Positions 17,111 to 27,311 of a stretch of DNA of 63,079 bases are shown here, piece by piece. Within the stretch, counting starts at the first letter, position 1; every line of letters begins with the position of its first letter. The notes under the pieces are model-generated. The model saw only the letters and a program-made list of their open reading frames with translations. It did not search any database and was not told the DNA's origin. Position numbers and translations under genes: made by a program. Location of the stretch: NCBI GenBank assembly GCA_028700185.1, contig JAQVTF010000001.1, positions 1 to 63,079 on the forward strand, given 5' to 3'. The stretch comes from Desulfobacteraceae bacterium. GTDB taxonomy: Bacteria; Desulfobacterota; Desulfobacteria; Desulfobacterales; UBA2174.

Positions 17111-20080
17111 ATGGCCCACCTGCCGCCGGTGGAAGGCGCCGCCGACGCGGACCTGTCCTTCAAGGTCTTTCATGAGCTGATGGCCCGCAAGGTGGCCGAC
17201 ATCCTCCTGGTCTCCTCCCCCTACGACGCGTTCATCATGGAGGAGGAAGGCCGCCTGGCCGAGCGCATCATCCTCGAATACCGCGGGCTGAACCTTTCCC
17301 GGCCGCCACGGCTCACCTGGGTGTCCACCGCCGGCGAGGCCCTCGATGCCCTGGCCGAAAAAAAATTCGACCTGGTCATCACCATGCCGCGGCTCAACGA
17401 CATGGACGCCTATGCCCTGGGCCAGGCCGTCAAGGCCCGGCAACCGGACCTGCCGGTGTTCATGCTCACCCACAGCGCCGCCCAACTTGGCGACCGACCG
17501 GCAGCCATCGCCGGGTCGGGCATCGACCGCCACTTCGTGTGGCTGGGCAACTCGGATCTGCTCCTGGCCCTGGTGAAAAGCGTCGAGGACCGGTGGAACA
17601 TCGGCTTCGACACCCGCCGGGCGCTGGTGCGGGTGATCCTGCTGGTGGAAGACTCGCCCCTCTACCTCTCCTCCCTGCTGCCGATGCTCTACAAGGAAAT
17701 CGTCATGCAGACCCAGCGGGTGATGGATGAATCCTTCAACGACGAGCACCGCCTCTTCCGGATGCGGGCCCGGCCCAAGATCGTCACCGCCGGCACCTAC
17801 GAAGATGCCGAGGCCCTCTGGCGGCGCTTTCGGCCCTACCTACTGTGCATCCTCTGCGATGTGCGCTTTCCCCGCCGGGGCAAACCGGATCCCCAGGCGG
17901 GCATCGACTTGCTGCGGCGGATCCACGCCGAGCAACCGGACCTGCCCCTGCTCAACTTCAGCAGCGAGGCCCGGCACCGGGATGCCGCCCAGGACCTCGG
18001 GGCGGTGTTCGTCAACAAGAGCTCACCGCATCTGCTGGGTGAAATACGGGATTTCTTCGTGCGCCGCTGCGGATTTGGCCCCTTCATCTTCCGCAACGCC
18101 GAAGGGGTGGAGATCGGGCGGGTGGAGAATCTGCGGCAGATGGAACGGTTGCTCCCCACCATCCCCGATGAAATCGTCCGGGCCCACGCGCTGCGCAACG
18201 ATTTTTCCAGTTGGCTCATGGCCCGCAGCGAGATCCACCTCGCCGATCGTCTCAAGCCGGTGCTGGTGGAAGATTTTGCCAGCATCGCCCAACTGAAGCA
18301 GTATCTGGTGGACTGCATCCGTCAGCGCCGCCGGGGACAACGGCGCGGGGTGATCAGCGAGCCGGGCCCGTCGGGCTACGACCCGGAGGCCGACCTGGTG
18401 AAGGTGGGCAGGGGCTCCCTGGGCGGCAAGGCCCGCGGTCTGGCGTTCATCTTTTCCCGGCTGCGACAATTCTTGCCGACGCTCCGGGAACGCTATCCCC
18501 AGATGACCGTCGGCGTGCCGCCCGCCCTGGTCATCGCCACCGACGGCTTCGATGCCTTCATGGCGGAAAACGATCTCGGGGACGTGGTGGCCGGCCGGTT
18601 GACCGATGACCGGATCGCAGCCCGTTGCGACACGGCCAGGCTCCCCGGATGGATCGAGGAGGCGCTGTTGGCATACGTCGGCCAGGTCCACGGACCGGTG
18701 GCCGTGCGCTCGTCGAGCCTGCTGGAGGACGCCCGCTTCCAGCCCTACGCCGGCATCTACCGCACTTTCATGCTGCCCAACGCCGATCCCGACGCCGACC
18801 GGCGCCAGCGACGTCTGGCACGAGCGGTGCGCCAGGTCTACGCCTCGACCTTCATGAGCATCCCGCGATCCTACGCCCGGGGCACCATGCACCGCATCGA
18901 GGACGAAAAAATGGCCGTGATTCTCCAGCCCCTGGTGGGCCGGCGTCACGGTGATGTCTTCTATCCGGCCCTGGCCGGGGTGGCCCGGTCCCTGAACTAC
19001 TACCCGGTGGGGCCCATGACGGCCGAAGCGGGCATCGCCGCCATTGCCCTGGGACTGGGAAAGACCGTGGTGGAAGGCGGCAAGGCGGTGCGCTTCGCCC
19101 CTCCCCACCCGCGTCACCTGCCCCAGTTTTCCACCGTGGACGAGGTGCTGCGCCACGGTCAACGGGAGTTTTTCGCCCTTCGCATGGACGTCTGTCCCGA
19201 AGGGGAGTTCAGCGACGAGACAACCCTCGTGCGCCTGGCGGTGGCGGCGGCCACCGACCACCCGCCGGTGGCCTACCTGTCGAGCTGCTACCTGCCGGCC
19301 GACCACCGCATCCGCGACACCTGGCCCTGTCCGGATGGTTATCCCGTGATCACCTTCTCCCGGATCCTCAAGTACGGCGCCTTTCCCCTGCCGGCCCTCA
19401 TCGGCGATATCCTCGAAATCGGCCACCGGGGCATGGGTGGGCCGGTGGAAATCGAATTCGCCGTCAACCTGCCGACCCCGGATCATCCCAAGGCCGAATT
19501 CTGGCTGCTGCAGATCCGTCCCATGGGGGCCGCCGACCCGTTGCGCCAGGAGGTGTCCATCAGCGCCGAGGATCTGGCAAGCGCCTTTTGCCGCTCGGAC
19601 CAGGCCCTGGGAAACGGCGTGCTGCAACAGATCCGCGACATCGTCTGCGTGCGCCGGGACACCTTCGATCCGGCCCGCACGGTGGACATCGCCGCCGAGG
19701 TGGGCCGGATCAACCGCCAACTGGCCGCCGAGCACCGTCCCTACCTGCTTATTGGCCCCGGTCGCTGGGGCACGGCGGACCGGTGGCTGGGGATCCCGGT
19801 GGACTGGCGCCAGATTTCCGGGGTGGCCGCCATCGTGGAAACCAGCCTCGAAAGCTTGAAAGCGGATCCGTCCCAGGGGTCGCACTTCTTTCACAACATC
19901 ACGTCCCTGGGCATCGGTTACGTCACCGTGGCCGACGACCGGGGGTTCATCGACTGGCAGTGGCTGGAGCGACTGCCCGTTTTCACCCAAACCCCCTTCC
20001 TGCGCCACCTGAGACTGGAGCGGCCCCTGACGATCAAGATCGACGGGAAAACCTCCCGGGCGGTGATGCTGGCGGGTTGA
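17111..20080 (+). CDS. Large signalling/kinase-like protein: N-terminal receiver-like domains fused to a PEP/pyruvate-binding (PPDK_N-type) domain and a mobile-domain-like C-terminus
   Basis: The ORF is 989 aa. It carries the ATP-grasp type motif GRGSLGGKARGLAF, and the C-terminus reads LLIGPGRWGTADRWLGIPV...GSHFFHNITSLGIGYV. The precise function is unknown. Confidence 0.6.
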   Translation: MAHLPPVEGAADADLSFKVFHELMARKVADILLVSSPYDAFIMEEEGRLAERIILEYRGLNLSRPPRLTWVSTAGEALDALAEKKFDLVITMPRLNDMDAYALGQAVKARQPDLPVFMLTHSAAQLGDRPAAIAGSGIDRHFVWLGNSDLLLALVKSVEDRWNIGFDTRRALVRVILLVEDSPLYLSSLLPMLYKEIVMQTQRVMDESFNDEHRLFRMRARPKIVTAGTYEDAEALWRRFRPYLLCILCDVRFPRRGKPDPQAGIDLLRRIHAEQPDLPLLNFSSEARHRDAAQDLGAVFVNKSSPHLLGEIRDFFVRRCGFGPFIFRNAEGVEIGRVENLRQMERLLPTIPDEIVRAHALRNDFSSWLMARSEIHLADRLKPVLVEDFASIAQLKQYLVDCIRQRRRGQRRGVISEPGPSGYDPEADLVKVGRGSLGGKARGLAFIFSRLRQFLPTLRERYPQMTVGVPPALVIATDGFDAFMAENDLGDVVAGRLTDDRIAARCDTARLPGWIEEALLAYVGQVHGPVAVRSSSLLEDARFQPYAGIYRTFMLPNADPDADRRQRRLARAVRQVYASTFMSIPRSYARGTMHRIEDEKMAVILQPLVGRRHGDVFYPALAGVARSLNYYPVGPMTAEAGIAAIALGLGKTVVEGGKAVRFAPPHPRHLPQFSTVDEVLRHGQREFFALRMDVCPEGEFSDETTLVRLAVAAATDHPPVAYLSSCYLPADHRIRDTWPCPDGYPVITFSRILKYGAFPLPALIGDILEIGHRGMGGPVEIEFAVNLPTPDHPKAEFWLLQIRPMGAADPLRQEVSISAEDLASAFCRSDQALGNGVLQQIRDIVCVRRDTFDPARTVDIAAEVGRINRQLAAEHRPYLLIGPGRWGTADRWLGIPVDWRQISGVAAIVETSLESLKADPSQGSHFFHNITSLGIGYVTVADDRGFIDWQWLERLPVFTQTPFLRHLRLERPLTIKIDGKTSRAVMLAG

Positions 20081-20145
20081 AGGAACCGTCGGCCCCGTCC
20101 CGCCGGTTGGCCCGATGCGTCACGTCAAGGCCTGAAAATTCGGGC

Positions 20146-21123
20146 TCAGCCGTGGTCACAGGTCAAAAACGCCCTGATTTCCGGCAGCAGCGCCCCGATG
20201 TCCGCCGGCGCGATCCATCGGATGGCCCGGTTGGCCCGAAACCAGGTGAGCTGGCGTTTGGCGAAGCGACGCGTGTCGCGCTGGAGGGTCTCCAGGGCTT
20301 GGGCCCGGTCGATGCGACCCGCGATGAGAGCCGTCATGTGCCGGTAGCCCAGCGACTGCATCGGCTTGAGGTCCTCGCCGTAGCCGCGGGCCAGCAGCCC
20401 CCGCACCTCTTCCTCCAACCCCTGGGCCACCATGGCCTCCACCCGACGGTCGATGCGGCCGTAGAGGGCCTCCCGCGGCAGCGCCAGACCAATTATAAAT
20501 GCGTTGAAAGGCGCATCGCCGAAACGATGATGCCGGTGATGGTCGCTGAGGGGCTCACCGGTGGCCTCGAAAACCTCCAGGGCGCGCAGAATCCGCACGG
20601 CGTCGTTGGGGTGGACCCGAGCCGCGGTGGGGGGATCGACCCCTGCCAGCCGGGCGTGCAACGCCGCCGCCCCCGCTTCTTGAAGGTCGTGCCGCAGCCG
20701 TTGGCGAACCGCGGGATCCGAGGCGGCCCGTCGTGCCAGTCCCCCCATCAGGGCCTTGATGTACAAACCGGTGCCGCCCGCCACGATGGGCACCTTGCCC
20801 CGGTGGGCAATGTCCGCCACCGCCGCCCGGCCCAATCGCGCGAAGGCGGCGGCATCAAAGGGCTCATCCGGGTCCACGACATCGATGAGGTGGTGGCGCA
20901 CCCGGGCCTGTTCGGCCGCCGTGGGCTTGGCCGCCCCGATGTCCATGAACCGGTAGACCTGCACCGAATCGGCGTTGACAATCTCTCCATTTACCTGCTG
21001 GGCCACTTCGATGGCCGCGCTGGTCTTGCCGCTGGCGGTGGGCCCGCAAATCACGATGAGGCGTATCTGTTCGACCACGATCTCTCCGTCCCGCAATTCG
21101 GTGGATCCCCTCGGCGGTTTCAC
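20146..21123 (-). CDS. miaA: tRNA dimethylallyltransferase
   Basis: Motifs are P-loop VICGPTASGKTSAAIEVA and ..VYRFMDIGAAKPT...HHLIDV... The exact start is uncertain. Confidence 0.9.
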   Translation of the reverse strand: MKPPRGSTELRDGEIVVEQIRLIVICGPTASGKTSAAIEVAQQVNGEIVNADSVQVYRFMDIGAAKPTAAEQARVRHHLIDVVDPDEPFDAAAFARLGRAAVADIAHRGKVPIVAGGTGLYIKALMGGLARRAASDPAVRQRLRHDLQEAGAAALHARLAGVDPPTAARVHPNDAVRILRALEVFEATGEPLSDHHRHHRFGDAPFNAFIIGLALPREALYGRIDRRVEAMVAQGLEEEVRGLLARGYGEDLKPMQSLGYRHMTALIAGRIDRAQALETLQRDTRRFAKRQLTWFRANRAIRWIAPADIGALLPEIRAFLTCDHG

Positions 21124-21225
21124 CGCTGAAGACCTGAAACCCCATTATCCTAACCGCTTTCCGGCCACGGTGACAAGGGCCTCCCCGTTCAGTTCGGGTA
21201 TTTTATAACCTACTGATTTTTTGAT

Positions 21226-21244
21226 GTTTTAATATCATTAAAAC
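21226..21244. promoter_or_regulatory. Perfect 8-bp inverted repeat GTTTTAAT-ATC-ATTAAAAC in the miaA/hdrL divergent promoter region
   Basis: Read directly from the sequence. It lies ~170 bp upstream of the hdrL start. A TTGACA-N17-TAGGTA promoter-like pair follows at ~21296-21324. Confidence 0.3.
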
Positions 21245-21412
21245 CCAGAATCGCGCCCCGAACGCGACATGATTTTCGAAACGCTGAATTTCATTGACAA
21301 GTTTTTCATCAACCGTTAGGTAGATCTTTCACTCTCGCGTCCCCGGCCTTCAGCCGGGCGGCTGGTTTCCAATCATACTGCCATGCGCATTTCATCGCTA
21401 AGGAGTGTTCCC

Positions 21413-24400
21413 ATGTCCAAGGACGTCATCGGTTCGGTTCTCGTCGTCGGCGGCGGCATCGCCGGGATGCAGTCGGCCCTGGATCTTGCCAACTCGGGCT
21501 ACTACGTCTACCTGCTCGACAAGTCGAGCAGCATCGGCGGGGTCATGGCGCAGTTGGATAAGACCTTCCCCACCAACGACTGCGCGATGTGAATTATCTC
21601 CCCTGTACTGGTCGAGGTCGGCCGGCATAACAATATCGAACTGCTCACCTGTTCCGAAATCCAATCCATCGAAGGCGAAGCGGGCCATTTCAAGGTCCAG
21701 ATCCACAAGCAGCCCCGATTCATCGATCCGGCCAAATGCACCGGTTGCGGGGACTGTGCCGAAGTCTGCCCCATTCGGCGGCCCAGCGAGTACGATGTGG
21801 GCCTGGTGGAACGCAAGGCCACCCACCGTCGCTACGCCCAGGCCATCCCGGGTGCCTTCGCCATCACCAAGCGGGGAACGGCCCCCTGCCGGGCCACCTG
21901 CCCGGCCCACGTCAGCGTTCAAGGCTTCATCGCCCTGACCAACGACGGGCGCTATCGCGAAGCCCTGGAACTCTTCAAGCAGGATCACCCCTTCCCCGGC
22001 GTCTGCGGACGGGTCTGCACCCATCCGTGCGAAAGCGCCTGTACCCGCAATGCGGTGGATTCCCCCCTGGGGATCATGTACATCCACCGCTTCCTGGCCG
22101 ACACGGACCGCGCCAGCGGCAAACCGTACGTCCCGGCCAAGAAAGCCCAGCGCCAGGAGAAAGTCGCCATCGTCGGCGCCGGCCCAGCCGGTCTGACCTG
22201 CGCCTACTTTTTGGCCATCGAGGGTTACCAGGTCACGGTGTTCGAGAAACTGCCGGTCCTCGGCGGCATGCTCACCGTGGGCATTCCCTCCTACCGCCTG
22301 CCCCGGGATGTCATCGAGGCCGAAATCCAGGTCATCAAGGATCTTGGGGTCGAATTCAAGACCGGCGTGGAGATCGGCAAGGATTTCACCGTCGGCCAGT
22401 TGCGTGAGCAGGGCTACAAGGCCTTCTTCATCGGCATCGGCGCCCAGGAGTGCAAGCGTTTGGGCATCGAGGGAGAAGACTACAAGGGCGTCTATCCCGG
22501 CGTGGAGTTCCTGCGCGAAATCAACCTGGGCAACCGGATTCACCTCGGCGACCGGGTGGCGGTGGTGGGCGGCGGCAACGTGGCCATGGACTGCGTCCGT
22601 TCGGCCCTGCGCACCGGCTCCAAGAAGCCGTTCATCATCTACCGCCGCGCCGTGGAACAGATGCCGGCCAACGCGGAAGAGATCGAGGAGTGCCGCGAAG
22701 AGGGCATCGAGCTGATGACCCTCACCAACCCGATTCGGGTCATCGCCGAAAACGGACGGGTCCGCGCCATCGAATGCATCCGGATGGAGTTGGGGCCCCC
22801 GGACCAGAGCGGCCGCCAGCGGCCGGTGCCCATCAAGGGCTCCGAGTTCCAGATCGAAGTGGATGCGGTGATCCCGGCCATCGGCCAGGAGACCGATTGG
22901 GCCTGCCTCACCGACGAGTGCGCCTGCACCCTGAACGACTGGGGCACGATGCGCGTGGACAAGGTCACCCTGCAGACCAGCGATCCGGACATCTTCGCCG
23001 GCGGTGATGCCGTCACCGGACCGGCCACGGTGGTGGAAGCCATCGGCGCCGGCAAGGAAGCGGCCGTTTCCATCGACCGCTTCATCCGGGGCGAGGAGCT
23101 GGCGGGCGACCGCAAGACGGACTGGCGCCCGGTGGAGGATGTCCCCACCGAGGGGTTGCCCCACCTCGCCCGCCATCCCATGCCCATGGTGTCCCCGGAG
23201 ACCCGCAAGGCCAACTTCAACGAGGTCCAGCAGGGCTACGACGAGGAGACGGCCCGGGCCGAGGCGCACCGATGCCTGGAATGCGGGGTCTGCTGCGAGT
23301 GCTACCAGTGCGTGACGGCCTGCAAGGCCGGCGCCGTCACCCTGGAAACCCACGGCCAAAAGCCAGAGACCCTCACCCTGGAAACCGGCGCCGTGATCCT
23401 GGCGCCCGGCTTCGAGCCCTTCGATCCGTCCAAATTCGACAGTTACGCCTACGCCAAGCTCCCCAACGTGATCACCTCCATGGAGATGGAGCGCATCCTG
23501 TCGGCCTCCGGCCCCACCGGCGGCCACCTGGTGCGCCTGGGCGACCACAAGGAGCCCAAGAAGATCGCCTGGTTCCAGTGCGTCGGGTCCCGGGATCTGA
23601 ACCGCTGCGACAACAGCTTCTGCTCTTCGGTGTGCTGCATGTACGCCGTGAAGGAGGCCGTCATCGCCAAGGAGCATGCCGGCGACGACCTGGACTGCGC
23701 CATCTTCTTCATGGACATGCGCACCCACGGCAAGGATTTCGAACGTTTCTACAACAAGGCCAAGGACCAAGGGGTGCGCTTCATCCGCAGTCGGGTGCAC
23801 ACCATCGACAAGGTCGGCGACACCGGCGACCTGGCGGTGCGCTACGTCACCGAGTCCGGAGAGCTGAAAACCGAGACCTTCGACATGATCGTGCTCTCCG
23901 TCGGGCTCCAGACGCCGGCGGAAACCGTGGAGCTGGCCAAGCGCCTCGACATCCAGCTCACCCCGGGCCACTTCGCCAAGAGCACGCCCTTCGCCCCCGT
24001 GGCCACCAGCCGGCCGGGAATCTTCGTCTGCGGCGCCTTCCAGGGACCGCGGGACATCCCCCAATCGGTGGTGGACGCCAGCGCGGCGGCGGCCGCGGCC
24101 GGCGAAATCCTCGCCGAGGCCCGGGACACGTTGACGGTGATTCCCGAAAAGGTGCCCGAAGTCAACGTGCTCAACGAGCGGCCCCGCATCGGCGTTTTCG
24201 TGTGCAACTGCGGCATCAACATCTCCGGCACGGTGGATGTGCCGTCGGTTCGTGACTACGCCGCCACCCTCCCCTATGTGGAGTATGCCGCCGACAACCT
24301 CTACACCTGTTCCCAGGATACCCAGGACCGCATGGCCGAGGTCATCAAGGAAAAGGGGCTCAACCGGGTGGTGGTGGCGGCCTGCACCCCCAAGACCCAC

Positions 24401-25864
24401 GAGGCCCTGTTCCAGGAGACCCTCATGGCGGCGGGGTTGAACAAGTACCTGTTCGAGATGTGCAACATCCGCAACCAGGATTCCTGGGTCCACAAGCACA
24501 ACCCGGATCTGGCCACCGAAAAGGCCAAGGATCTGGTGCGCATGGCCGTGGCCAAGGTCGGCCTGATGCAACCGCTCCAGGAGGCCCAGCTCGACGTCAA
24601 CCAGACGGCCCTGGTGATCGGCGGCGGCATCGCCGGCATGGCGGCGGCCCAGACCTTGGGGGCCCAGGGCTACACCACCCATGTGGTGGAACGCGAAGCC
24701 CTGCTCGGCGGCCAGGCCCGCCACCTCTTCCAGACCCCGGACGGCGTCCCTGTCGCCCAGCGGCTCGACCAACTGGTGAGTGACGTGAGCGCGGATCCCC
24801 ATATCCAGATGCACCTCAACAGCGAGATCACCGCCGTGGAAGGGTTCGTGGGCAACTTCAAGACCACGGTGAAAAACGGCGACCAGGAGCAGGTGATCGA
24901 ACACGGGGTGGCCATCATCGCCACCGGGGCCAAGCCCCTGGTGCCCACCGAGTACAGCTACGGCCAGGATCCCCGGATCGTCACCAGCCTGGAACTGGAC
25001 GCCAAGCTCAAGGCGGATGACCCGGCCATCAAGGAACTGGAGGCGGCGGTGTTCATCCAGTGCGTCGGCAGCCGGGAGCCGGAGCGCCCCTACTGCAGCC
25101 GGGTCTGCTGCACCCATTCCATCGACAGCGCCTTGGCCATCAAGGCCCGCAACCCCGAGGCCAACGTCTACATCCTGTACCGCGACATCCGCACCTACGG
25201 CGAACGGGAATACCTCTACAAGGAAGCCCGGGAAAAAGGCGTCATCTTCATCCGCTACAGCCTGGAGGCCAAACCGCAAGTGGCCATCGAAAACGGTCGG
25301 CTCCTCGTGCGCCTCACCGACCCGATTCTCGGTCGGCCGGTGGAGATCGACACCGACCTGATCTCCCTGGCCACGGCGATTCTGCCGCCGGACAACAACG
25401 TCCTGGCGCAGTTGTTCAAACTGTCCCTCAACGACGACGGCTTCTTCGTGGAAAAACACGCCAAGCTGGGCCCCTGCGACTTTGCCACCGACGGGGTGTT
25501 TCTCTGCGGCATGGCCCATTATCCCAAGCCCATCGACGAGGCCGTCACCCAGGGCAAAGCGGCCGCCAGTCGGGCCGTCACTCTCCTGGCGCGGCAGCAC
25601 ATCAGCACCATCGGCCAGGTGGCGGAGGTCAACCCGGCCCTGTGCAGCATGTGCGGGGTGTGCGTATCCATCTGTCCCTATTCGGCCCCTTCGTTCCGGG
25701 CGCCAACCGAGCGCTTCTGGCCGGGTCGGGCCGAGATCAACCCGGTGCTCTGCAAAGGCTGCGGGTTGTGCGTGGCATCGTGCCGCAGTGGCGCGATCCA
25801 TCTCAAGGGCTTCGACAACGATCAGATCTTCGCTCAGCTCTTCGCTCTCAACGAAGCGAGCTGA
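21413..25864 (+). CDS. hdrL: HdrL-type large HdrA paralog (selenoprotein, 1483 aa). It is an HdrA module interrupted by a GltD/NfnB-like NAD(P)H module, followed by a second HdrA-like module and a C-terminal 2x[4Fe-4S] domain.
   Basis: Track ORFs 21383..21592 and 21797..25864 are in the same frame. Only the TGA at 21590-21592 separates them, and no other stop lies between. The TGA replaces the second Cys of the HdrA motif: [17 protein letters not shown] versus the usual DCxMC. AAGGAG lies 8 nt before the ATG at 21413. Other motifs are [64 protein letters not shown] and [23 protein letters not shown]. Confidence 0.85.
21608..21625 (+). promoter_or_regulatory. Candidate bacterial SECIS hairpin for the hdrL UGA
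   Basis: CTGGTCG-AGGT-CGGCCGG forms 7 bp including G-U pairs, with a GGU-containing apical loop. It starts 16 nt after the UGA. Confidence 0.45.
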
Positions 25865-25903
25865 GCACCGGGTTCATAACGGCAACTTCAAGGAGATTTC
25901 GAG

Positions 25904-26335
25904 ATGGCTCAGTGGGAACCGAAAATCGTCGCATTTCTCTGCAACTGGTGCAGCTACGCCGCCGCCGATCTCGCCGGCGTCAGCCGGATGGAATACCCGC
26001 CCAACGTCCGGGTCATCCGGATCCCCTGCACCGGGCGCATGAGCCCCAAGTTTGTGCTGGCGGCCCTGCGGGAAGGGGCCGACGGCGTTTGGGTCTCGGG
26101 GTGACATCCCGGAGAATGCCATTACCTGGAAGGTAATTACTACGCTCGTCGCAAGTTCGCCCTCCTGCAAAGCCTGCTGGAGCACATGGGTGTTGAACCG
26201 GGTCGCGTCCATTTTTCCTGGATCTCCTCGGCCGAATCGACCAAGTTCGTCGATGTCGTCAAGAAGGTGACCGAGGCTGTCCGGGCCGTCGGCCCCAACG
26301 AGAAATACGTGAAAAAAGAGCTGAAGGTGGCCTGA
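25904..26335 (+). CDS. mvhD: MvhD/FlxD-type [2Fe-2S] subunit (selenoprotein, 143 aa)
   Basis: The track ORF stops at the TGA at 26102-26104. The same frame continues to the TGA at 26333-26335, giving ..[35 protein letters not shown]... The UGA sits where MvhD proteins have the Cys of the GCHxGxCHY motif. Confidence 0.85.
26121..26137 (+). promoter_or_regulatory. Candidate SECIS hairpin for the mvhD UGA
   Basis: ATTACC-TGGAA-GGTAAT forms 6 bp and begins ~17 nt after the UGA. This is the same spacing as the hdrL candidate. The stem is weak. Confidence 0.35.
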
Positions 26336-26336
26336 C

Positions 26337-27284
26337 ATGCAAGCTTACACCGAAAAGATGCGCGAGATTGCCAGGCGCCTGCTCAAGGAATGCCGGGTCG
26401 AGACGGTGATCGGTTTTCGCAAGGGCTCGATGCCCATGATGAACGAGCCCTGCCTCGTCAAGAGCATCGACGACGTCGATCAACTCGTCTGGGACGGCAA
26501 CTGTGGCATCAACCTGGCCAACTATCTGACCAACCGCACCGACAAGATTGCCGTGTTCGCCAAGGGGTGCGACAGCCGCAACATCGTCACCCACATCATC
26601 GAAAACAAGATCAAACGCGAGCAACTGGTCATCATCGGCGTTCCCTGCAAGGGAATGATCGACAAGCGGCGCATCCGGTCCATGGCCCCCGGGGAAATCA
26701 CCGAAGTGGTGGAAGACGGGGAAAATGTCCGGGTACGTGGTGCGGATTTCGAAAAATCCTTCCCCCGCAAGGACATGCTCCAGTCCAACTGCGCCGTGTG
26801 CATCCACCGCAACCCGGTGATCTACGACGAGCTGGTGGCCGATCTGGTCCCCGAGCAGCAGAACGTGGACCGCTACGAGGACGTGCGGGCCATCGAGGCC
26901 ATGAGCCCCGATGAGCGGTGGCAATTTTTTGAAGACCTGCTGGCGCCCTGCATTCGCTGTTACGCCTGCCGTAACGCCTGTCCGCTGTGCTACTGCCCCA
27001 CCTGCTTCGTGGACGAAAGCGCGCCCCAGTGGGTCGGCAAGAGCCAGAACCCGGTGGATGTGCGCACGTTTCACTTTTTGCGGGCCTATCACTGCGCCGG
27101 CCGCTGCACCGACTGCGGTTCCTGCGAACGGGCCTGCCCCATGGGCATCAACATGCGCATGTTTACCAAGAAGCTTGAAAAAGAAGCCTTGGATCAGTGG
27201 GGCTGGGAGGCGGGGCTGTCCCTGGATCAGCGACCGCCGCTGGACTGGTACCGGCCCGATGACCCGCAGGATTTTATCAAGTAA
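26337..27284 (+). CDS. FlxC-like iron-sulfur protein (sulfhydrogenase-beta / AsrA-related)
   Basis: The ORF is 315 aa and starts 1 nt after the mvhD stop. Cys clusters are CIRCYACRNACPLCYCPTC and CTDCGSCERACP. Confidence 0.65.
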   Translation: MQAYTEKMREIARRLLKECRVETVIGFRKGSMPMMNEPCLVKSIDDVDQLVWDGNCGINLANYLTNRTDKIAVFAKGCDSRNIVTHIIENKIKREQLVIIGVPCKGMIDKRRIRSMAPGEITEVVEDGENVRVRGADFEKSFPRKDMLQSNCAVCIHRNPVIYDELVADLVPEQQNVDRYEDVRAIEAMSPDERWQFFEDLLAPCIRCYACRNACPLCYCPTCFVDESAPQWVGKSQNPVDVRTFHFLRAYHCAGRCTDCGSCERACPMGINMRMFTKKLEKEALDQWGWEAGLSLDQRPPLDWYRPDDPQDFIK

Positions 27285-27311
27285 TTCAATCAGGACAAGG
27301 GCGCAAAGACC

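Noticed and set aside
21398-25801. Very long antisense ORFs. Examples: 1467 aa opposite hdrL, 1069 aa at 26259..29468, 661 aa at 18023..20008, 798 aa at 44086..46482, 690 aa at 38807..40879, and 938 aa at 40898..43714.
   Set aside because: They mirror genes with clear family motifs on the other strand. They are Gly/Arg/Ala/Pro/His-rich with no recognisable motifs, which is the typical stop-codon-poor antisense frame of GC-rich DNA.
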